A stretch of 64,000 bases of DNA from the NCBI GenBank assembly GCA_964016885.1, contig OZ024741.1:228532001-228596000 (forward strand). The letters run 5' to 3'. Positions 27,835 through 41,592 of this stretch are shown here, piece by piece (the stretch's first letter is position 1; each line of letters opens with the position of its first letter). The notes under the pieces are model-generated. The model was not told the origin of the DNA, made no database searches, and was given only the letters and a program-made list of their open reading frames with translations. The translations under genes and the position numbers were made by a program. The DNA is from Eledone cirrhosa. Its lineage: Eukaryota.

Positions 27835-28518
27835 ACAATCGACTTTTAATCTTATGTTAATAAAAGCTCGGATTTATTGTAATCTTTGAGCTTATTCCAC
27901 AGGTGATATGGTGCATGTTTCTGATATTCTCAGACATGGCATCTTTAATCTAATTTTGATAGTATTTATTAAATATATATTTTAATCGTGGTTAAATAAG
28001 ACTACGTTCATTAGTCCCTCTGATTATTGAAATAAGGCCCTCCGAAATAGAAGCGTTACAGATAAAATACAATACAGTCCGACTGTCACATGAATGGTTT
28101 CGATTTAGCATCATTTACATAAATACTCGAGCATTCGTGTAGAGATATAAAGAAAACAAAAAGATGTCCATCGATCACATACTTCTGCAGATACTTCCAC
28201 AGCAGGCCTCGTGAACCGTGATTCTATGCCTTTGCGAGCAAACATACATCTCTTGGCAGTAACCCATGATTTCTCAAAGACATGTCAGTCTGAATATTTA
28301 GTCGAATGTGCTGTGCCCAGATACAATAAACAATTTACTTTAATATACTCCAGATTAAAAATAGACAAAGAAATATTTTATAATATAAAAAGACATCTAT
28401 TAAAATATTTTCCAGCGTGTAATCTCTGTTTGTCTGGCACATTTGGTACTCTAAATATATTCTCACTGACACACGCACACACAAACACGGAGACACACAT
28501 ACACACACACACACACAT

Positions 28519-28569
<51 letters not shown>

Positions 28570-28620
28570 CACACACACAAACAAACATATATATATATAT
28601 ATATTATTAGAAAATATTCT

Positions 28621-28727
<107 letters not shown>

Positions 28728-28966
28728 GTATATATACATATAGACACGCACACACACACACTCACACACACATATATATATATATATATACATATAAGAA
28801 AGAAGGTTTTTTAAATATCAGGAAAAGAAATTAAAAATGCAACATAAACCACAGCAGAAACACAAGCCCTTCATCTCAATTTTACTTTTAAAATCATAAG
28901 AATTGTGAAATCGGTAAAGTAAATAAATATTTTTAAAAGACTCCAGTTGCATTTTCAATTTCTTTT

Positions 28967-29008
<42 letters not shown>

Positions 29009-29701
29009 TTTTAATAAAAACAAACACATATGCTATTATTAAAATATATATATAGATATTTATATATTATTATAATAACATAAATAATTCTCCATATAAA
29101 TATAGACAAATGTCTGAATATATTTCCCCTAAATTAACGTTCAAGTGGTCTTCCTTTTCCTTCTTCTTTACCAATTTTAGTTTAATAATTTATATAACTT
29201 CATTAAATTAACAATATTCTGAAAACATTCTCAATGTTGAACATTCTTGAACCCACAAATTATTCTAATCTCACAACTTGAAAATAAAATTTTCAACATC
29301 CTTTGTAACTCATATTTGTTCATCAATGCATACGCAACTTATTAATATATATAGAGATATTTATATACATATAACCTATCCTAATGTAATAAGATAAAAA
29401 TACTTACAACCATAATTCTTCATATAATTTTATAACTCATAATATAGGTAACAAAAATCTTTCCCCCCAAATTAACGTTATTCTTTTCTCTTTCTCTTCC
29501 TTCCTTATCATAAATATTTAAATTTTCCATAGCGTCTAAAATAACGTTTTTTCAGCCCTTTAATATAAACATCATTTGCATACTCATATTAATAATTTTA
29601 AATATCTGACTTTTCTTTTCTCTTCCCTTCACTTTCCAGGGATAACTTGAACCGTTAAGGTATATTATCCTTGGGCATGTCAAATATTTATAAAACATTT
29701 T

Positions 29702-29768
29702 GTATTTTATCTGATGATAGATAGCGTACCAAAATTGTTGGTACCCTTGAAATATATATAATAGAATA
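29702..29768 (+). ncRNA. Hammerhead ribozyme, family B, in AT-rich PLE-type 3' region (29040-29900)
   Basis: TATTTTAT-CTGATGA-..GTACCAA-AATTG-TTGGTAC..-GAAAT-ATAT-ATA-ATAGAATA. Confidence 0.65.
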
Positions 29769-29923
29769 AATATGGTTTTATAAATATAGTTTCCATTTAT
29801 TTAATATCATTGAATACTTACTCCAGAAACTGTCGAGTGCTCTGAATCAGTTGTAAACATCTATATTTCTTGGATTTCCAACAAATTAAATATCTCTTAA
29901 ACATATATATTATATATACATAT

Positions 29924-29974
<51 letters not shown>

Positions 29975-29991
29975 AATATATATATATATAC

Positions 29992-30051
<60 letters not shown>

Positions 30052-30084
30052 CGAAGGAAATGTGGTAAGGAACCAGGAGGACCA

Positions 30085-30127
<43 letters not shown>

Positions 30128-30140
30128 GTATATATATATT

Positions 30141-30210
<70 letters not shown>

Positions 30211-30211
30211 A

Positions 30212-30287
<76 letters not shown>

Positions 30288-30374
30288 AGAGAGACCGAGA
30301 AAGAGAGAGGGGGGAGTGAGAGAGAAAGAGGGACGAACAGATGTGTATGTGAAGACACATAAGATATGTTTATT

Positions 30375-30552
30375 ATTTGGCAGTATTGGTAGAGGGTCAG
30401 ACATGCTTTCCAGCGTAGTTACGTCCCTTTACGATCTCAGTTCAAATCGCGCTGAGGTTAACTTTGCCTTTCATTCTTACGGGGTCGATAAAATAAAGTA
30501 CCAGTAATGTACTGGATAATTGCTGGCCTTGTGCCAAGAGTAGAAACAATTA
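30375..30552 (+). mobile_element. tRNA-derived SINE
   Basis: A/B boxes and core. Confidence 0.88.
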
Positions 30553-30716
30553 TATATAAACATATCGCATATACATGTTTGGAAACAGGGAATGATTCCC
30601 TCCGTTGTTACTCAGAATTTCCCGCCACGTGATGATACACACACCCTCACACATACACACACACACACACATATATATATACATATATATATATATATTA
30701 TCTCTCTCCCTCTCTG

Positions 30717-30794
<78 letters not shown>

Positions 30795-30837
30795 GGAATC
30801 ATCCGCTGTTTCCATACATGTATATGCAATATGCTTA

Positions 30838-30886
<49 letters not shown>

Positions 30887-30960
30887 GTTATTCCGGGTTG
30901 AATCGGAGGTAACCACAGTAAGTAAGGTACTCAATACATTGCAGAGTATAAAAGTTTTAA

Positions 30961-31027
30961 TATAGATGAGATTCCTGATGATTTCTAAAGAATGAAACAG
31001 TTCTAGTCCTGTAGAATCTCATCTATA
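30961..31027 (+). ncRNA. Hammerhead ribozyme, family E
   Basis: GAGATTC-CTGATGA-TTTC-TAAA-GAAT-GAAACAG-TTCTAGTC-CTGTA-GAATCTC. Confidence 0.8.
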
Positions 31028-31809
31028 TTATATATATATATATATATACATGTGTGTGTGTGATTATGTGCGCGTATGTGGGAGCGGGTGTGTGTGTACG
31101 CTTGGAATTATAAACGAGAGGAAATAAGTACTCAATACGTGAAGTACTGAATACATATGAATACATATTTAATATAATTAGAAGGTAGAACTTCGAACTT
31201 GTCATATACTTAAGTTACAACAGTCCAACGTTTTAACTTCAAATTACATAATGTGTGTGTTTGTGTGTTAGTGAGTGTGCGCGTCTGTTTCTGTGTGTAG
31301 TGTCAATTCTGTATGTGTGTGCGCCAGTGTGTGAATGTGTAATTATGTATATGTGTTTGTGTGAGCCTGTGTGTCTATGTATGTGCGCCAGTGTGAATGT
31401 ATAATTTTGTATATGTTTGTGTGAGGCTGTGTGTCTATGTATGTTAGGTGTGCATGTATGTATGCATGTATATGCATTTGTGTGTGCCTGTATATGTGTA
31501 TGTGTGTGTAAAGGAAGTGTACTGGACATGATGGCACCGGCTGCCAGTTGATAGAAAGTCGAAACTGTAGTTAGTAGTAGCAGACACACCTTACTTTTGA
31601 CCACGAGACAGACCTCGCTTACCGAAAACAACCGCACCCAAACGTCACATCACTCCTTATCACCCAGGAATACACCCCGCCGCTCTACACATCCCCTCAC
31701 AACACCACAAAACACTACACCCTACCACTACCCAGCACCCAGTACTACAACAACCAACGCCAACTAATCATACATCAAAACATCAAATTGTTTTATGTTG
31801 TTTATGGAA

Positions 31810-32422
31810 GAATTGATAGAGCCTCGGATTTTAAATGCCATTGCGGTATTTGTTCTGGCGCCATACATTATGAGTTCAAATCCTACCAAGGTCAAATTTG
31901 TCTTTCATCCTCTCGGGGTGGATAAAATAAAGTACCAGTGACGTACTGCAGGTGTTTAACCAACTTCACCCTTGCTCCAAATTTACTGGCCTGGTGCCTA
32001 AATTAAAAATCTGTACGATGAATACTAATTTAGGCACAAGGCCAACAATTGTGGGGGAGGGAAAAGTTGATTAAATCGACTCCATTGTGTTACTGGTACT
32101 TTATTTTATCGACCCCGTAAGGCTGAAAGGCAAAGCTAACCTCGGCGGAATTTCAACTCAGGACGTAAAGGGCCGTAATTATATGCCGCAAAGTATCTTA
32201 TCCAACGCTCTACCGATACTAGCAATTCAACGCCATTGTATAGTTACTAATAATTGTTTCTACTTTTAGCACAAGGCCAGCAAATACCCCAGTGCATTAC
32301 TGGTGCCTTATTTTATCGACCCCGTAAGGCTGAAAGGCAAAGTTAACTTCGGCGGGATTTGTACTCAGAACGTAAAGGACCATAACTCTATGCTGCAATA
32401 CTGCTCGATACTGCCAATCCAA
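31810..32422. mobile_element. Cluster of three SINEs (one + decayed, two -)
   Basis: Core and B box seen at ~31870-31940 (+), 32025-32235 (-) and 32250-32422 (-). Confidence 0.85.
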
Positions 32423-32723
32423 TATCTTAATAAATGCATGTTTGTATATATATGTGTGTGTGTATGTAAAGCATAATGTACATGTGTATTGTATAGAAAT
32501 CTATATAATGCTATATATTATATTGTTTTATTGTCGTTGTCATCGGCGTCGTTGATTTTTTTAAAACGCTGATAATTATCCCTGATCCAGCAAATTTAAG
32601 ATCAACGACATTCTACTTGTGTCATTTTAGAAAGAACATGTTACGTTGAATGTTATATTATATTATGGTATGTTATATTTTGCTGTATGTTATGGTATGT
32701 TGTTCTGTTGTTATGTTATAGTA

Positions 32724-33701
32724 CAGTAGTCGCCAACCTTTCGAACCTCAAGGACCACTAAATTCATAATTTTATAATCCGCCGACCACTAATATAAATT
32801 TTTCAATAAAGATAAATACATTTGTAAAATAATGGTTTCTTATATAGGCACAAGGCCAGCAATTTTGGGAAGGGGAAAGTCGATTAAATCAACCTCAGTA
32901 CGTGACTGGTACTTTATTTTATCGACACTTAAGGATGTAAGGCAAAGTAAACCTCGGCGGGATTTTAACTCATATCGTAAAGGGACGTAACTATGCTAGA
33001 AAGCATGGCGTCCGACACTCTACCGATACTGCCAATACACCGCTCAGAAATAATTGTTTCTACTTTAGGCACAAGGCCAGCAAATATCCAGTGCATTACT
33101 GGTACTTTATTTTATCGACCCCGTAAGGATGAAAGGCAAAGTAAACCTCGGCGGGATTTGAACTCAGATCATAAAGGGACGTAACTATGTTGGAAAGCAT
33201 GGCGTCCGACTCTCTACCGATACTGCCAATCCAGAAATAATGATATTTGTTTATTGACAAAAATCAATAAAGATGTAATATAATAGGTCTGTTTCGGAAT
33301 ATGTTTTGAATTGACCAATAGAAAAGTAGTAAGTGGTCAAGTTGATAGAATAGTAGTAGTAGAAATTTAATTTAGGGGTATAGGAATGCAGACTTCAGTT
33401 TTGAATGGAAAGAATACTTTGAATGAAAAGGGCCGTAACTCTATGCTGCAAAGCATGGCGTCCGACCCTCTATCGATACTGCCAATCTATCGCCCTGACA
33501 TTCGTAAAATAATGATCAGAGACCATCCATTTTATTAAACAATACTGAAGCGTACGTGTGTTATTGTCGATAGATAATACGTATGTGTAAAATTCTTACA
33601 TGGATGTTAGTTCTTTACTGAGGAGAAACATTTTTCTGTGGACCACCTAAATTTTCTCTCGGATCACCAGTGGTCCGCGGACCACCGGTTGGCGACCGCT
33701 G
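32724..33701. mobile_element. Non-autonomous hAT element with a nested SINE block
   Basis: TIRs CAGTAGTCGCCAACC / GGTTGGCGACCGCTG; perfect 8-bp TSD TTATAGTA (32716-32723, 33702-33709). Confidence 0.92.
32834..33498 (-). mobile_element. Composite SINE block (SINE head + ~190-bp foreign segment + two SINEs)
   Basis: Flanked by CATT(T/C)GTAAAATAATG direct repeats; 33232-33430 is the reverse complement of 47115-47312. Confidence 0.8.
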
Positions 33702-34006
33702 TTATAGTATGTTATGTTATATATTTTGTTACCTTTAGTGCTGGACTAACCCATAAGCTAAATAAAGCAATAGTTTAGAGCCACATGCCCGCGGGCCTCA
33801 TTTAAAAAATATATATATTTATTTTATCATTAGTTAATATTCTTTAACATTAAATCATCAACAATTATGTATATATTTATATAGTATAAACAGCTTCATA
33901 CACTTAACATGTATGTGTGACCATTGGTTTCGAGGTCCAGTTATGACCACCATTGTATATTGGAGGGACCACTTTTAAAGTGGCCCATATATATATACAT
34001 ATATAT

Positions 34007-34075
<69 letters not shown>

Positions 34076-34153
34076 ATTGGTTTTGGATGCTTAACGCGTC
34101 CGTTTGCGCTAGGCCGTTTGAGCACTCGATGCTCTCATAGAGCAGAGTATGTT

Positions 34154-34275
34154 ATCACAGAAAAAAAGAGAACCAGTGTTGCGACGAATGGAATATATGG
34201 GACATATATGTCTATCGTGTAATATGTCCAATAAATTCCATTCATCGCAACACTGGTTCTCTTTTTTTCTGTGAT
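34154..34275. repeat. Inverted repeat with ~52-bp arms
   Basis: ATCACAGAAAAAAAGAGAACCAGTGTTGCGACGAATGGAA / TTCCATTCATCGCAACACTGGTTCTCTTTTTTTCTGTGAT. Confidence 0.9.
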
Positions 34276-34644
34276 TTATATGTATATATATATATTTGAA
34301 AAAAAGGAAACGAATGACTTCACTTCTAGTTCTAAGTAATTTGATTTAATTTTATAATATAATATTATGAGTTGGTAGATCTAGTAAGTTCTTAGTTAAT
34401 TTAGGTTATATATATATATATATAACATTATATATATATATAAATGAATATAAATATATATATATATACATATATATCTATATATATATCTGTATATAAG
34501 GATTAAAATACTGGAGCGTGTTGGAGTTAAACACCGTCTTCGTATTATAGAAATGACAGTAAAAGGTATAGCTCAATGTAATTAAACAGAGCCGAAGAAT
34601 TATGAAAATAAAACAAAGAAGCCTTCAATACATCAAAAGTCTTT

Positions 34645-34690
34645 ATTAGCCAACAATGTTTCGTCCTATTAAGGACTCATCAGGGCAATC
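34645..34690 (-). ncRNA. Canonical minimal hammerhead ribozyme
   Basis: ATTGCC-CTGATGA-GTCC-TTAATA-GGAC-GAAAC-ATT-GTT-GGCTAAT. Confidence 0.8.
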
Positions 34691-35252
34691 AAAACCACAA
34701 GAAGTATTATCGGCCAATACAAGCTGAAAACTCCGAAGAATATGGAGTGTACATACACTAAAGTATTGGAAGATTATGGGTAAAAATATATAATAAAAAT
34801 CACTAAGGAGGTGGATAACATTTTGAACCATATTACAAATATAGTCCAAAGCAAAAAAAACTAAAGCTAAACAAAGGTAGTTATATAGAGCGGGAATTAT
34901 AGTACTATATATAATACAATATAATATAATATAATATACTTGTAACAATATTAAAATTAAAATTAAAATTAAAAGGCACAATATACATATGCATATATGT
35001 ACGCACACGTACGCACATATACATATACATCAATACACATTTCCATCATTAGCAGCACAAATTAAACCTTATTAAGAGTTTAAATATAAATAAGCATAAT
35101 AGGAATAAAAATAATAATAATACGTATATCTAATATACAGTATAACATGAAGTAATGAAATGATTAAAAGTAACACATATAATATATAATAAACTATATA
35201 ATTATATATCTGTATATATATATACATAGGTATATGTACATATATATATATG

Positions 35253-35334
<82 letters not shown>

Positions 35335-35344
35335 CATATATATA

Positions 35345-35420
35345 TCTAACGGAGGTGTGGTAAGGAACCAGAAATAGCCGTCGAAACGGATTGAGCCCTG
35401 CCGTCGGGGTCAAACATGTT

Positions 35421-35464
<44 letters not shown>

Positions 35465-35496
35465 TTTATATATTAAAAATGGGCCTTCGGAATTAC

Positions 35497-35549
<53 letters not shown>

Positions 35550-35702
35550 TTAATATAGAAATGGCTTCTACAGGACTAGAACTGTTTCTTCCGAATGAAA
35601 TACTTCTAGTCCTGTAGAAGCCATTTCTATAATAGATATTTATACTCTGCTATGTATTGAGTACCTTACTTACTGCGGTTACCCCCGATTGAACCCGGGA
35701 TA

Positions 35703-35705
<3 letters not shown>
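35345..35705. mobile_element. HHR-family C (35345-35425) and E (35555-35705) terminal fragments with inversions
   Basis: Match 52850-53058 and 59158-59353 respectively. Confidence 0.7.
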
Positions 35706-35799
<94 letters not shown>

Positions 35800-35861
35800 A
35801 AACAACAAACAGAGGTACAAAAATCTTATTAGTTTAATGCTTTTTATGAAAAACGAAAAAG

Positions 35862-35901
35862 AAAGTTCGGCGTGTCGGGCTTTAGCCCTTCTTCAGGAGT
35901 A
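35862..35901 (-). ncRNA. Decayed hammerhead, family A-like
   Basis: CTGAAGA-A-GGGC-TAAA-GCCC-GACAC (GAAA changed to GACA). Confidence 0.45.
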
Positions 35902-36108
35902 CAAAAATAGAGACAAGATCACAAATGATAGATACAGAAAATAAAAGGTAGTCCAAGTAAAGTTAACATAAAAAAAATGAAAATGAAGAGAGTTAACAAG
36001 ACAAACCGTTAGGTAGACTTGGTATCGATTTTAGAACACAAAGTGAAGTATGTGTGTATTGGTGTTGATATTATGTGTGAGTGCATGTGGAGAGAGGGAG
36101 AGAGAGTG

Positions 36109-36228
<120 letters not shown>

Positions 36229-36261
36229 AGATCCGAAGGCATGGTATAAATTTCCAATCAT

Positions 36262-36330
36262 TTTAATCACGACACATGTTTCAATAAGAGATAGAACGAT
36301 CGATTGTCACTGATCTCGTCAGGTGAAAAT
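36262..36330 (-). ncRNA. Hammerhead ribozyme, family F, second copy
   Basis: TTTTCAC-CTGACGA-GATCAGTG..-GAAAC-ATGT-GTC-GTGATTA; core differs from the 21556 copy only at variable position N7. Confidence 0.7.
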
Positions 36331-36474
36331 GAATTGTCTTCAAATCCTTGATATGAGGGAGAAAATTAACGATGTTAGTCCCTTATATGAAGATCAAGCA
36401 GTCAAAACACGGTACATATATATATATATACAATGATATTAAATAAATGGAAACTATATTTATAAAACCATATT

Positions 36475-36542
36475 TATTCTATTATATATATTTCAAGGGA
36501 CCAAAAAAAACAAACTTTGGTACGCTTTCATCAGATAAAATA
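36475..36542 (-). ncRNA. Hammerhead ribozyme, family B
   Basis: TATTTTAT-CTGATGA-AAGCGTACCAAA..TTTGGTCCCTT-GAAAT-ATAT-ATA-ATAGAATA. Confidence 0.75.
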
Positions 36543-36780
36543 CAACGTTTGTTTTATAAATAGAGACATACCCTGTTTCCATTTATTTAATATCATTGAA
36601 TACTTACTCCAGAAAACTGTAGAGTGTTCTGAATCAGTTATAAACATCTATATTTGTTGGATTTCCAACAATTTAAATATCCCTTCTACATATATATATG
36701 TATATTTATTTATTAAAATAACAGATTAAAGTTTAAGCAAAGAATCGCTGCTTTCCCCTTAACTTCAAATTTATTATTAT

Positions 36781-36818
<38 letters not shown>

Positions 36819-36823
<5 letters not shown>

Positions 36824-39800
36824 GGGTATGACATTAAACTACATCCAGTGGCAAGGCTCCAGTTCGGCAGTTCAGGAGTTGTGGGGAATGTGGTGTTACC
36901 CCTTAGTTGTCATAACTCCCAGGTCTGCCCTGGCTCGGAGAAGTAGTACCTGTTAGGGCTCCATTTATGGGTAATAACTACCTTATTCGAGTGGCGTCGG
37001 TAAGGTATTGTCAGCCATTGAAAAGGAATATGGAGAGTCGATCTAACAGCACTAGGGTTAGAGCCCCTAATTACACTGTCAAGGAGCAGTCTGGTCGTTA
37101 AGACTCTGCTGGCTTAGAGCCACAGAGAGGGCCAGTGGATGATGGATCAGCTGTCTCTGAGACAAATATAAAGAATGCAGTTTTGTCCTGCAGAAGAGCC
37201 ATCAAAATGGGCACTTTGAATGTGAGGACTATTCGGACGCTGGAGAAGAGAGAGGAGTTGGGACATCTGTTCGAGGAGAGGGGTATACAGATACTTGCGA
37301 TCCAAGAACACAGGATCCGTGAGGAGTGTGATGATCGGGAAGAGGAGCCAGCTCATCACTACATCGGCAGTGAAGAACACAACAAATGCTGCAGTAGGGG
37401 GAGTGGGTTTTGTGTTCAGTGCAAAAACCAATCTATTGGTGAGGGAAATAATGCTTGTCTCCCCGCGAGTGTTGAGGGTGACCTTCAATGGAAACCCAAG
37501 ACTGACAGTCATCTCAGCCTATAGTCCAACCGAGGGGGACAGTGATGTGAGTGCGGAAGAGTTCCATGAGGAGGTGTGTAGAGCTGTCAACACCACTCAG
37601 GCACACAATATCCTGCTTGTTTTGGGGGACTTCAATGCACATCTGAGTAAGAAGGGCAGTGAAGATCCTTGCTGGTACTTCCATAACAACACCAACCGAA
37701 ATGGAAGACTACTGAGAGACACTCTGCTGGAGGCGAACTTGATAGCGACCAACCTAAGGTTTGGGAAGAATCTGGGGAAGATGTGGACCTACATCTCAGA
37801 TATGCACCTGTCCAAGTCCCAGATTGATTTCATTCTGGTAAGGAAAAAGTGGCGGAATAGTGTTCTGATCACAGAACCATCCAACTATTTCAGTACACTG
37901 GGTAGTGACCACCGGCTTGTTATGAGTGAGGTCCGGGTGAGCTTAAGAAAGAGCAAGGCTCGGCCCCGGAGAGCAATCTATGACTGGGGAGCTTTCAAGG
38001 AAGATGATAAGCTACAGGAGAGGTTCACAGTAGAAGTGAGAAACAGGTTCAGTGCTCTGTGTGGAGAGTCAGAGAAGAGAGAGATTGGATGGACTGAGGG
38101 GAGTGTGACGAGGAGGTACGGGCATTTCACCAATGCAGTGGCGGAAGCAAGTGAAAACCTGGTGCCGAGGAAAAAGAACAAAAGGAAGCACGTCAGCTCT
38201 GCAAACCCCAAAGTGTGTGCAGCCAGAGAACACCTGAAAGCTGCTAAGGACCAATTCTATGCTGATCCTACAGAGGAGAGGATGGAGACTGTGGAGGTGA
38301 TGAGGGAAGAACTCTGTGCCGCTTACATTGAGCTCAAAGAGGAGGCACTGATAGAGAATATCAGAAGTGTGGAGAGAGCGGTTGACAGGTCTGGATGTAA
38401 GGAGAGCTGGATGATCATCAACGAGATCAAAGGGAGGGAGAGAAGGTGTTCGAGTCAGATCCAGGGAACGGGGCCCGAGGATAGGAAGAGGAAATGGCTA
38501 GAGCATTTTAGGACCCTACTAGGAGAGCCAATCTCCACAGCCCAGAGCACTGGGGAGATCAGGCGGCTGTTTGAGGAACTGGATGTTGAGACAGGGCCCT
38601 TTACCAGAGAGGAGCTCCAGAGAGTCAAGAAGAGGATCAAGGAGGGCAAGGCTCATGGAGAAGATGGAGTGGCATCAGAGGTGCTGAAGAGGTGTGATTT
38701 TGATGATATCATCCTGGGGTTCTGTAACCGGGCACTGGAGAAAGGAGTTGCCCCGAATCAGTGGAGGATCAGTAACATCGTCCCAGTGCCAAAGAAGGGA
38801 GATCTCTCTAACACCAACAACTACAGGGGGATCTCACTGACGTCACTTGTGGAAAAGACCCTCAACAGGATTATTCTTAACAGGATCCAGCCTGAGATGG
38901 AGAAGAAGCTCAGGGACAACCAGAACGGCTTCAGAGAGGGAAGATCAACCACCAGTCACATCCTGATGCTGAGGAGGATATTAGAGGGAGCTAGAGCAAA
39001 GTGCCTTCCTGCGGTCATGGTTTTCATTGACTTTAGGAAGGCCTTTGATTCTGTGGACCGTTACTGCCTGATGAAGATCTTACAGGCTTATGGAATCCCC
39101 AAGAAGATAGTGGACCTGATATCACTGCTCTACACCAACACCAAAGCCCAAGTCATTACACCTGATGGGATGACAGAGTTCTTTGAGATACTGGCTGGAG
39201 TGCTCCAGGGAGATACATTGGCTCCCTACCTTTTTATCATCGTAGTGGACTATTGTATGCGCCTTGCACTGGAGAAACACCAGGACTCTGGCTTTACTGT
39301 AGCACCGGCTCAGAGCAGGAGAGTTAAGGCGAAAAAGGTATCGGTTGCTGAATTTGCCGATGACATAGTTTTGGTGACAAATACAGTGAAGGAGGCAGAG
39401 GATTTGATGCGAGAGGTTGAGACTGTGTCGATGAGTGTGGGGCTGAATGAATGAGACTAAAACAAAATATCTGGTAGAGAATGTTGAGAAGCCAGAGGGG
39501 ATCACTAATGTAGGCGGGAAGCCGCTAGAATTGGTTGAGGGCTTCCTATATTTGGGAGCAAAGATTGGGAATACGGAAGATGATGTGGTTGAGAAGAAGA
39601 GCAAAGCCTGGGCGGCTTGCCACAGCTTGAGATTGGTGTGGAAGTCGGACCTTCGTAAAGACCTGAAAATCCGCCTCTTCATTGCTGTAGTGGAGTCTGT
39701 GCTGCTGTATGGGTCTGAGACTTGGATACTTACTAAGAAACTCACTCAGATGGTGAATGGGTGCTACACGAGAATGCTGAGGATGGTTTTGAACATTAAT

Positions 39801-40105
39801 CAGTATACACTGAGGATGAAAAACTCAGAGCTGTATGGGAGCATCCCAAAGCTCAGCTCAAAAGGGACACAGAGGAGACTGAGGTTAGCTGGACTTGCTC
39901 ACCGACATCCAGAGTTGACATTGCACTCAGTGCTCCTGTGGGAGCCCCTACATGGACACACTAGAAGAGGAGACCAAGATTAACGTATGTTGATGCCCTA
40001 AGGACAGACACTGGTCTGTTGGAGACGCACGACATGGCAGCGATAATGAGGGACAGAGACCGCTGGAGAGAACTCGCCCATGGATCTCGGGAATTTACTC
40101 GCCTT

Positions 40106-40107
<2 letters not shown>
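36819..40107 (+). mobile_element. Near-full-length RTE-clade LINE
   Basis: APE GTLNVRT, QEHR, GDFNA, IDFIL, SDH; RT PKKGD, NYRGISL, QNGFR, FIDFRKAFD, QGDTLAP, FADD; frameshifts at ~37320, ~39450 and ~39970; (TA)n on both sides. Confidence 0.95.
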
Positions 40108-40183
<76 letters not shown>

Positions 40184-40188
<5 letters not shown>

Positions 40189-40770
40189 AAAGAAGAGAGG
40201 TGTAACACACAAGTAATGATATATTGGTAAACGGAAAAGAAAATGCTGACAAATTGTTCACAGTGAAAAATAGTTTAATTAGGAATAAGTGAGAATTAGT
40301 AATAGTATTGGTTAGTATACAGTTTTGGTTTTAAGTTTTACCGGTTGCGCATTTCTAATGCTTTTCAAAAATAATTCTGATATAGAGCGTCCGTGATGTT
40401 TGCTCTAATCTGATTAGTTTTGGAAATTCTACCTGTTTTTATGTTAAAAAAGTGGCTCCAGCGGTATTAAAATAAGTTTTGCACCAATTCGTGTTGCAAA
40501 AATTCTTGAGGTCAAAACAATTTTGATTGGTCGGTTGAGGTCATGTGAATGTTAAAAATTGATTTTGCGCCAAATGTAGGTTTGTGTCGGCTGATTGAGA
40601 AGTCACTGAAAAATAAGTCTTTCAAAACAAATATGTGTGTGTGTGTGTGTAGTAGTAGTAAAGAGGTTCGTTGTTGTGACAATGATCAGCAGGGATGTGT
40701 GTGCGAACCGCAGCCTGTTGACAGTTCAAATGCCTATTAAGACAAGTGCGTGTGTGTGTGTGTGTGTGTG
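40184..40770. repeat. Pseudo-LTR, 3' copy
   Basis: Highly similar to 45215-45810. Confidence 0.93.
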
Positions 40771-41592
40771 TAGCAGAGTAATTTGTGGTAGAGGGATGGT
40801 CAGTAGGAATGTGTCTGTAAGTGTGTGGGGGATATTTTAACATGTTAAAATATATTTTTCAGCTCTTGTCTTATACAGAGAAGTGTGTGTGTGTATGTGT
40901 GTGGTGTGTATATATGTCTCTTTGCATGTTAATGTACGCGTGTATATGTGTGTGTGTATATATGTGCGTGTGTGCGCATATACGTGTGTGTGTGTGTGAG
41001 AATGTGTGTGTGTTTGTGTGGGTGAACCAGTAATTATTTTAAGGGTACTGGTGAAATGGTGTACATTATTCGATATTTTCAGTAAAATCGATTCTCTCAA
41101 TAGAACATCAAAAACCTTAATAATAAAAGGTGTGAAATGATATATAGTATTGGCATAATACCAAGGTGTGTGTGAGTGTGTCCAGATTGTACGTACTGCT
41201 AGGCGAATCCATTAGGCCTTGCCGTATTGGAATACCTGTGTACAAATATGTATCTGGAGTGTGTCCAGAAATTGTATACTAGTGTACAAATATGTATCTG
41301 GAGTGTGTCCAGATTGTACGTACTGCAAGGGGAATCCATTAGGCCTTGCCGTATTGGAATACTTGTGTACAAATATGTATGTGCCCGTCAGTGTGCAATG
41401 CATGTGTGCGTTTATGTATGTGTGTGTGTCGGCACATTTATATCTATAGACATCAAAAGGTATGCAAATTTGTGTATATTTGTGTTGCACCATAGAACAT
41501 GTGTGTTTACGTATGTCATTGTATTTATATGTGGGTAGAGATGTATACTTTTGTAGGTATGTATGTTGACGTGTGTATGTTGTGGGTTCGTC

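Noticed and set aside
28160-28460. Possible host exon (start of ORF 28211)
   Set aside because: No recognisable motif or convincing splice pair; ORF length comes from microsatellite
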